This document shows positions 58,444-64,000 of a DNA stretch of 64,000 bases, one piece after another (the first letter of the stretch is position 1; every line of letters begins with the position of its first letter). This DNA is from an uncultured bacterium (GTDB lineage: Bacteria; Patescibacteriota; Minisyncoccia; Moranbacterales; GWC2-37-73). The position numbers were made by a program, and so were the translations under genes. The stretch is from contig CAIOVI010000019.1 of assembly GCA_903861715.1 (NCBI GenBank), forward strand, positions 5,936-69,935, read 5' to 3'. The notes under the pieces were generated by a model that made no database searches, had not been told where the DNA came from, and was given only the letters and a program-made list of their open reading frames with translations.

Positions 58444-59208
58444 ATGAGTATTCACATCAAAACTGAATCTGAACTTGCCAGCATGCGCTTGGCCGGCAAA
58501 AAGCTGGCTGAGGTGATGCGCGCATTGGAAAAAGAAATCAGGCCCGGAGTTTCAACTCTGCAGCTGGATCAGTTGGCTGAAAAGCTCATTTTGGAGCGTG
58601 GTGGTCGTCCAGCTTTCAAGGGCTATGGTGGCGGCAAAAATCCTTTTCCAGCCAGTATTTGCGCTTCAATCAACAATGAAATTGTGCATGGGATTCCAAG
58701 TGGCGAAAAAATTCTTCAAGCGGGGGATGTTTTTAAGGTTGATATGGGCTTGGAAATCGAGGGCTTCTGTTCCGACATGGCGCGAACTTTTGCGGTGGGG
58801 CAAATTTCGCCAGAAGCTCAAAAATTGATTGAAACGACCCAGCAAGCTTTTTGGCAAGGCATCAAAAGACTTAAAGCCGGAAAAATGCTCAGTGACTATT
58901 CCAAAGTAGCTGAAAAAACTGTCATCAAGGAGGGTTTTTCAGTGGTGCGAAATTTGGTGGGGCATGGCATTGGCAGGGACTTGCATGAGGATCCTCAAGT
59001 GCCAAATTTTTTTGAAAAAAACTTTCGCGATGTCCAGCTTCAAGCTGGAATGACGCTGGCACTGGAACCGATGGTTAATGCTGGCGATTTTAAAACCGTG
59101 CTGGGCAAAGACGGCTGGGTTTTTGAAACAGCCGACGGCTCGCTTAGCGCTCACTATGAAAACACAATTTTGATTACAAAAAATGGAGTTGAGATTTTGA
59201 CGCAATAA
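58444..59208 (+). CDS. map: Methionine aminopeptidase type I
   Basis: VHGIP, DMARTF, GHGIG..LHEDP, ALEPM, SAHYENT. Confidence 0.98.
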   Translation: MSIHIKTESELASMRLAGKKLAEVMRALEKEIRPGVSTLQLDQLAEKLILERGGRPAFKGYGGGKNPFPASICASINNEIVHGIPSGEKILQAGDVFKVDMGLEIEGFCSDMARTFAVGQISPEAQKLIETTQQAFWQGIKRLKAGKMLSDYSKVAEKTVIKEGFSVVRNLVGHGIGRDLHEDPQVPNFFEKNFRDVQLQAGMTLALEPMVNAGDFKTVLGKDGWVFETADGSLSAHYENTILITKNGVEILTQ

Positions 59209-59352
59209 AATAGATTCTAGAATCTTGATTCTGGATTTTAGAATTTTGGATAAAAAAAGACCCCATGGTTTCTGCAATGAGAAAGGGGGATTAAGATTCT
59301 GGCAGTCACGAAATAGCTTATGGTATTTCGTGACTCAGATTCATTTGTTATT

Positions 59353-59794
59353 TCATTGCCGTTTTTTGGACATGAAGGAATTTGTTGCTCCAAAAATAAT
59401 GAGAAAGAGAAATAGTGCAAGAGGTCCTTTTACTATCTCTATGCAGATTTTAAAGGTATTTGGGAATATAATCCCAGATATCATTGTTAAAAAGAGTAAC
59501 AAATAAAGCGTCTTTAGTTGTTTCTGTATCATTTCTTCTTCCTTATTGTTTTTGTAAAGAGACTTCTTTTTTTTCTTCAAAACGCCAGCAAAAATAAAGA
59601 ACCGGGGCTAAAATAAAAAATGGCACCGCCCAAAGCCTTTCACGTAACCAGATATCAGTTTCTATTAACTGAAAGTTTGTACATATCGTGTAGCAAATTG
59701 CTGATAAAAACGACATGCCTTGAATGATAATTAGAAATTTTGTCTTTTTGGATAAATATTTACAGGCATAGAGCATGGATGCATTTTTTTTCAT
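59353..59794 (-). pseudogene. Small membrane protein(s): two consecutive hydrophobic ORFs, possibly one frameshifted gene
   Basis: ORFs 59543-59794 and 59353-59580 overlap around an A8 run. Confidence 0.35.
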
Positions 59795-59896
59795 TATTTT
59801 CTTTTTTTAAAAAACATTTTGGGAAAATATGCTATACTATATAAGAACAATTCATATTATATCATAATTATGTCAAAGTCAAGAGGGTGGGAAAAT

Positions 59897-60301
59897 ATGG
59901 CTCAAGCAAGCTCTTTTTTGGGGTTAGATTTTGGGCAATCCAAAATTGGTTTGGCGATTGCTGACGAGGAAACCAGGATGGCTTTCGCTTTGGACGCTTT
60001 TAAAAATGACCAGAGTTTTTTTGTCAAATTGAAAGAAATTGTTCAGCAGAAAAATGTTGCCAAGATTATCATAGGCATGGCTCGACACAGCAATGATTTG
60101 CAAGGCAGTCAGGAAAAAATAGCTTTTGGCCAAAAAATTGAAAATGAATTAAAGCTGCCGGTTGAGTTTGCGGATGAAATGTTTTCAACCAAAATGGCCC
60201 ATGCAAACCTCAAAACGCATGGTGGCAAAAATCTTGCCCAATTTGATGATCAAGAAGCCGCCCGAATTATCTTGCAAGGCTGGCTAGACAAAACACAATG
60301 A
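59897..60301 (+). CDS. ruvX: YqgF/RuvX pre-16S rRNA nuclease
   Basis: LGLDFGQSKIGLAI, DEMFSTK, DDQEAARIILQGWLD. Confidence 0.93.
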   Translation: MAQASSFLGLDFGQSKIGLAIADEETRMAFALDAFKNDQSFFVKLKEIVQQKNVAKIIIGMARHSNDLQGSQEKIAFGQKIENELKLPVEFADEMFSTKMAHANLKTHGGKNLAQFDDQEAARIILQGWLDKTQ

Positions 60302-60333
60302 TAACCAAGATACAATAACCAAGGTATAATAAC

Positions 60334-60373
60334 CCTGCCTACCTGCCTATCGGCAGACAGGCCGGCAGGCAGG
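60334..60373. repeat. Nested 20-nt CCTGCCTACCGGCAGGCAGG-type palindromes
   Basis: CCTGCCTA[CCTGCCTATCGGCAGACAGG]CCGGCAGGCAGG. Confidence 0.85.
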
Positions 60374-60557
60374 CAAACAAAATTCAATAATCAAAACTCA
60401 AGCATTCAAAGCCTTTGTATTTTTGGATATTGGAATTTGAAACTTGTTTGTGATTTGTATCTTGTGTCTTGTTTCTTTATAAATTTTCTAGTTACTAGTT
60501 GGCCTAGGCATATTTTAATCCTGTGGTATAATTAGAACATCTAATAAGTAATATAAA

Positions 60558-61319
60558 ATGCAGATGGAAAAAAAACCATATTTGTCAGTAGTAGTTCCTG
60601 CTTATAGGGAACAAGAAAGAATTGGAAGTAATCTTTTGGAAATTGAAAGTTTTTTGAGTGGCAAAAATTTCGACTATGAAATTATTGTGGTGGTGGATGG
60701 TTCCCCGGACAACACTGCTCAAGTGGCGGAAAATTATGCCAGTCAGGTGAAAAATTTGCGAGTGATTAACAACGCAGAAAATCATGGCAAGGGCTTCGTG
60801 GTGCGACAAGGACTGCTTGAAGCCAAAGGTCAATATGTGGTTTTTCTTGATGCAGATGGTTCAACTTCAATCACCCACGTAGAGAAGGCTTTACCAGAAC
60901 TTGAAAAAGGGGCTGGGCTTGTGATTGGTTCTCGCAAAATTAAGGGCGCTTTCATTCAAATTCATCAACCAAGGCACCGTGAAATTATGGGAGAGGGTGG
61001 CAATTGGCTCATCCGCATTGTTTTGGGACTTTGGAGTTTCCCAGACACCCAATGTGGCTTCAAAATGCTCACTGGGCAAGCTGCTCATGAAGTTGCCAAG
61101 CGCATGGTGGTTGATCGTTTCGGTTTTGATTTTGAATTAATTGTGCTGGCCAAGGCCCTTGGATTTAAAGTTGTGCAAATGCCAGTGCGCTGGCTCAATG
61201 AAGAAGGTTCAACTGTGAGCTTGACTGGACCGAATGGTTTTATTCAAGTTTTGATTGATTTATTTAAGACAAAATGGCGACTCATCACTGGAAAATATAA
61301 TATCAAGAAGGTAAAATAA
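60558..61319 (+). CDS. GT2 glycosyltransferase (dolichyl-phosphate beta-glucosyltransferase-like)
   Basis: SVVVPAY, DGSPD, NHGKG, DADGS, DTQCGFK. Confidence 0.92.
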   Translation: MQMEKKPYLSVVVPAYREQERIGSNLLEIESFLSGKNFDYEIIVVVDGSPDNTAQVAENYASQVKNLRVINNAENHGKGFVVRQGLLEAKGQYVVFLDADGSTSITHVEKALPELEKGAGLVIGSRKIKGAFIQIHQPRHREIMGEGGNWLIRIVLGLWSFPDTQCGFKMLTGQAAHEVAKRMVVDRFGFDFELIVLAKALGFKVVQMPVRWLNEEGSTVSLTGPNGFIQVLIDLFKTKWRLITGKYNIKKVK

Positions 61320-61507
61320 TTGTCGTGAAAAAAAAAGAACGAGATGAGATGTCCAATGCCTAATTTCTAATGTAGGAAAAGAAATTAGCGAGCAAAATAG
61401 AAAATATCGGATGTAATTTTTAATAAAGTATGAATAGGATAAATAGTTTTAGAGGAAAATAAAAATTCGAGTCATTCGAGTGAAAATTCGAGTCATTCGG
61501 GTCGCCA

Positions 61508-62575
61508 ATGGCGATGCAAATAAACATCAACAACACAACTGAAGAAGAGGCTGAAGAAAAAAAGCAGCCTGAAAAGGTGCAGACTTCCCAATTGCGACAG
61601 GATTTGGTGACTGGTGATTGGGTGGTGATTGCAACTGGACGTGCCAAGCGCCCTGATTCTTTTGGTGATTTTGAAAGAATTAAAGATGACAAAGGAATTG
61701 AAAAATGCATTTTCGAAGATCCGGTGGCAAGTGGGCAGCAACCTGACGTGCTGATTTATACTGACAACAACAACGAATGGACTTTGCGGGTTTTTCCAAA
61801 TCTTTTTCCAACCGTTTCTCCAGCTCCGGCAATGAAACCAACCACCGAAGGGCCATATTTTTCAATGCCAGGCGTGGGCTTTCATGAATTGGTGGTGACC
61901 AGAGACCATTTCAAGCAACTGGCCCTCATGAATGTGCTGGAAGTGGCGGAAGTTTTCGATGCCTATCAAGATCGTTATCTTGATTTGATGAACAAGAAAA
62001 ATGTCAATTTCATTGCTATTTTTCATAATCACGGCAAGGAAGCAGGGGCTTCAATTGCCCATCCCCATTCTCAAATCATGGCCATCCCGGTCATTGCGCC
62101 CTATCCGAAATCAGAACTTGATGGCGCCGAAAGTTATCACCGACACAACAAACATTGCGTGTATTGCGTGATGAGTGAGTTCGAGAGTGATTTCAAAGAA
62201 AGAGTGGTTTTTGAAAATGATGAGTTCATCGCTTTTTGTCCTTTTGCCTCGCGTTCAGCTTTTGAAGTTTGGGTGATGCCCAAAAAGCACAGCCCTTATT
62301 TTGAACGAATTACGGACACAGAGAAAATAAAATTGGCCGAAGTTTTCAGCAAAGGCTTGAATGCAATTTACAAGGCACTCAATGATCCTCCTTACAACTT
62401 TTATATCAACACCTCGCCGTGTGATGGCAAAGATTATCCCCATTTTCACTGGCACATTGAAATTTTGCCACACACTTCCATTTGGGCAGGCTTTGAGCTT
62501 GAAACTGGAGTGGAAATTTCAACTATTGAGCCAGAAGTAGCAGCGGAATATCTGCGAAAGCAAGTCAGTAATTAG
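61508..62575 (+). CDS. galT: Galactose-1-phosphate uridylyltransferase (GalT family)
   Basis: RAKRP, VFPN, GASIAHPHSQ, FHWHIEI. Confidence 0.92.
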   Translation: MAMQININNTTEEEAEEKKQPEKVQTSQLRQDLVTGDWVVIATGRAKRPDSFGDFERIKDDKGIEKCIFEDPVASGQQPDVLIYTDNNNEWTLRVFPNLFPTVSPAPAMKPTTEGPYFSMPGVGFHELVVTRDHFKQLALMNVLEVAEVFDAYQDRYLDLMNKKNVNFIAIFHNHGKEAGASIAHPHSQIMAIPVIAPYPKSELDGAESYHRHNKHCVYCVMSEFESDFKERVVFENDEFIAFCPFASRSAFEVWVMPKKHSPYFERITDTEKIKLAEVFSKGLNAIYKALNDPPYNFYINTSPCDGKDYPHFHWHIEILPHTSIWAGFELETGVEISTIEPEVAAEYLRKQVSN

Positions 62576-62736
62576 TAATCAGTAGCTAGTAACCAATGAT
62601 TAATAATTTCTAAAAAAGAAATGGATTAAAATTGTTATATTGTTATATTGTCATATTGTTTTTTATAAATTTTATTATCAATATATCCGTATATCAATAT
62701 AACAATGTAGCAATGTAGCAATTAAAATTATATTTT

Positions 62737-63216
62737 ATGCACACTATTATAATCAACTTCTTCGCAGGTTTCCCGAAAGAATTGGCAACGTTTTTGATTG
62801 CGCTGATTCCAATCACGGAACTGCGAGCTTCAATTCCCTTGGCTATCAAGGTTTATGGTTTGTCGCCGACAGTGGCATTGCTTTATTCTGTGGCTGGAAC
62901 CTTTTTTGCGATGGCTGTTATCGTGCTACTCTTGGATCCGATTGCAAAACTGCTTTCCAAATACATTCCGATTTTTGAAAAGTTTTTCGCTTGGCTTTTT
63001 GAGCACACTCGCAAAAGAGCAGGTGACAAGATGGAAAAGTATGGCGAGTGGGCGATTTTCATTTTGGCTGCCACGCCAATTCCACTTTTGGGCGGCATGA
63101 CAGGAGCGCTAGCAGCTTTTGTGTTTGGCATTCCTCTCAAAAAATCTTTGCCATTGCTTTTGATTGGCACGATTGTTTCAGGGTTAATCGTGATGGGGGT
63201 AACAATCTATTTTTAG
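62737..63216 (+). CDS. COG2426 small multidrug-export-like membrane protein
   Basis: IPITELRASIP, PIPLLGGMTGALAA. Confidence 0.88.
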   Translation: MHTIIINFFAGFPKELATFLIALIPITELRASIPLAIKVYGLSPTVALLYSVAGTFFAMAVIVLLLDPIAKLLSKYIPIFEKFFAWLFEHTRKRAGDKMEKYGEWAIFILAATPIPLLGGMTGALAAFVFGIPLKKSLPLLLIGTIVSGLIVMGVTIYF

Positions 63217-63280
63217 GGAATTTGAAATTAAAATAAATATAGTTATTGCTTGGCACGTGTTTATGCCTTATAATAAATTT

Positions 63281-63568
63281 ATGCTTAAGCAAGAATACAC
63301 AGAAAGGATAAAAAAAATTCTGAAAAAACAGCTCACCAAAGGTGAAAAAGTTTTTATTTTTGGTTCAAGTGTTAGCAGTGAAAGATTTGGGGATGTGGAT
63401 TTGGCAATTGTCTCTGAGCAGGCGATGGATTTTTCAGTTATGTTAAAAATTAAAGATGATTTGGAAGAGTCAACCTTGCCTTATAAATTTGATGTGGTTG
63501 AGATTAATCAAACTAACGACCCTTTTCGCACCCACGTGATGAAGGGAGAAAAAATATGGATTATTTAG
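63281..63568 (+). CDS. Minimal nucleotidyltransferase (HI0073-like)
   Basis: VFIFGSS...GDVDLAI, LPYKFDVV; start placed after TTGCTT-17-TATAAT. Confidence 0.9.
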   Translation: MLKQEYTERIKKILKKQLTKGEKVFIFGSSVSSERFGDVDLAIVSEQAMDFSVMLKIKDDLEESTLPYKFDVVEINQTNDPFRTHVMKGEKIWII

Positions 63569-63957
63569 AAGAAAAATACGCTCAATTGCTGCAAGCAATG
63601 CAAGCTTGGCAAAGAGCACTGGAGGCTCCCTTTTCTGATATTTCCAGGGATGCTTCAATCCAAAGATATGAATTTTCGTTTGAACTTCTTTGGAAAGTTA
63701 TAAAAAAGTATTTAAAAGAAATTGAAGGTTTTGAGCGGAATTCTCCCAAGGCTTGTTTTCGAGAAATTCGGATGACTCTTGATATCAGTGAAGAAGATAT
63801 TGAAATCTGTATGAGTATGATAGAGGATAGAAATTTGTCAGTGCATACCTATTCTGAGGAAATGGCGATGGTTTTGTATAATAAACTGCCTGAATATTTG
63901 AGAGTGTCAAACGTAATTGCTGAAAAAATCAAAGTCAAAGCTGGGCTGGGGAAATAG
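63556..63957 (+). CDS. HI0074-family nucleotidyltransferase substrate-binding (HEPN) protein
   Basis: RDASIQRYEFSFELLWK, SPK, DRNLSVHTY (RX4H). Confidence 0.93.
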   Translation: MDYLEEKYAQLLQAMQAWQRALEAPFSDISRDASIQRYEFSFELLWKVIKKYLKEIEGFERNSPKACFREIRMTLDISEEDIEICMSMIEDRNLSVHTYSEEMAMVLYNKLPEYLRVSNVIAEKIKVKAGLGK

Positions 63958-64000
63958 TGGAAAGAAAAAAGCGTATAAAATAGGCAAAAATCCAAAATCT

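Noticed and set aside
1-64000. Diversity-generating retroelement, retron, prophage or intact transposase
   Set aside because: No reverse transcriptase, phage structural, integrase or transposase motifs in any ORF

Overview
64-kb bacterial chromosomal segment, AT-rich, translation table 11. The gene content fits Patescibacteria/CPR (Parcubacteria-like): rpmD/L30 is missing, GlyRS is alpha2-type, comEC is split and there are few clear SD sites. The taxonomy is inferred. The left half carries glyS (3' end), fic, RhuM remnants, an RND efflux pair divergent from DUF2892/ferredoxin/trxA across a CsoR-type operator, capA, mreBCD-mrdA, comEC, ndk, a SWIM-SNF2 helicase, a large secreted lipase-domain protein and rpmB. 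The right half carries rpsL-rpsG-fusA, an ~8-kb accessory insert, tuf, the S10-spc ribosomal protein cluster, secY-adk-map, ruvX, a GT2, galT and an MNT/HI0074 pair. The most striking feature is that nearly every junction of the ribosomal protein cluster is filled by a ~100-nt element. Each has four ~11-nt-period units followed by four roughly reverse-complement units, forming an imperfect hairpin that starts at the upstream stop codon and ends at the downstream ATG. Sequence-unrelated hairpins of the same design sit at other junctions. The window also holds several families of small palindromic REP/MITE-like elements, some nested or inserted in frame, and several apparently leaderless genes. 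No rRNA, tRNA, CRISPR array or intact transposase was recognised.
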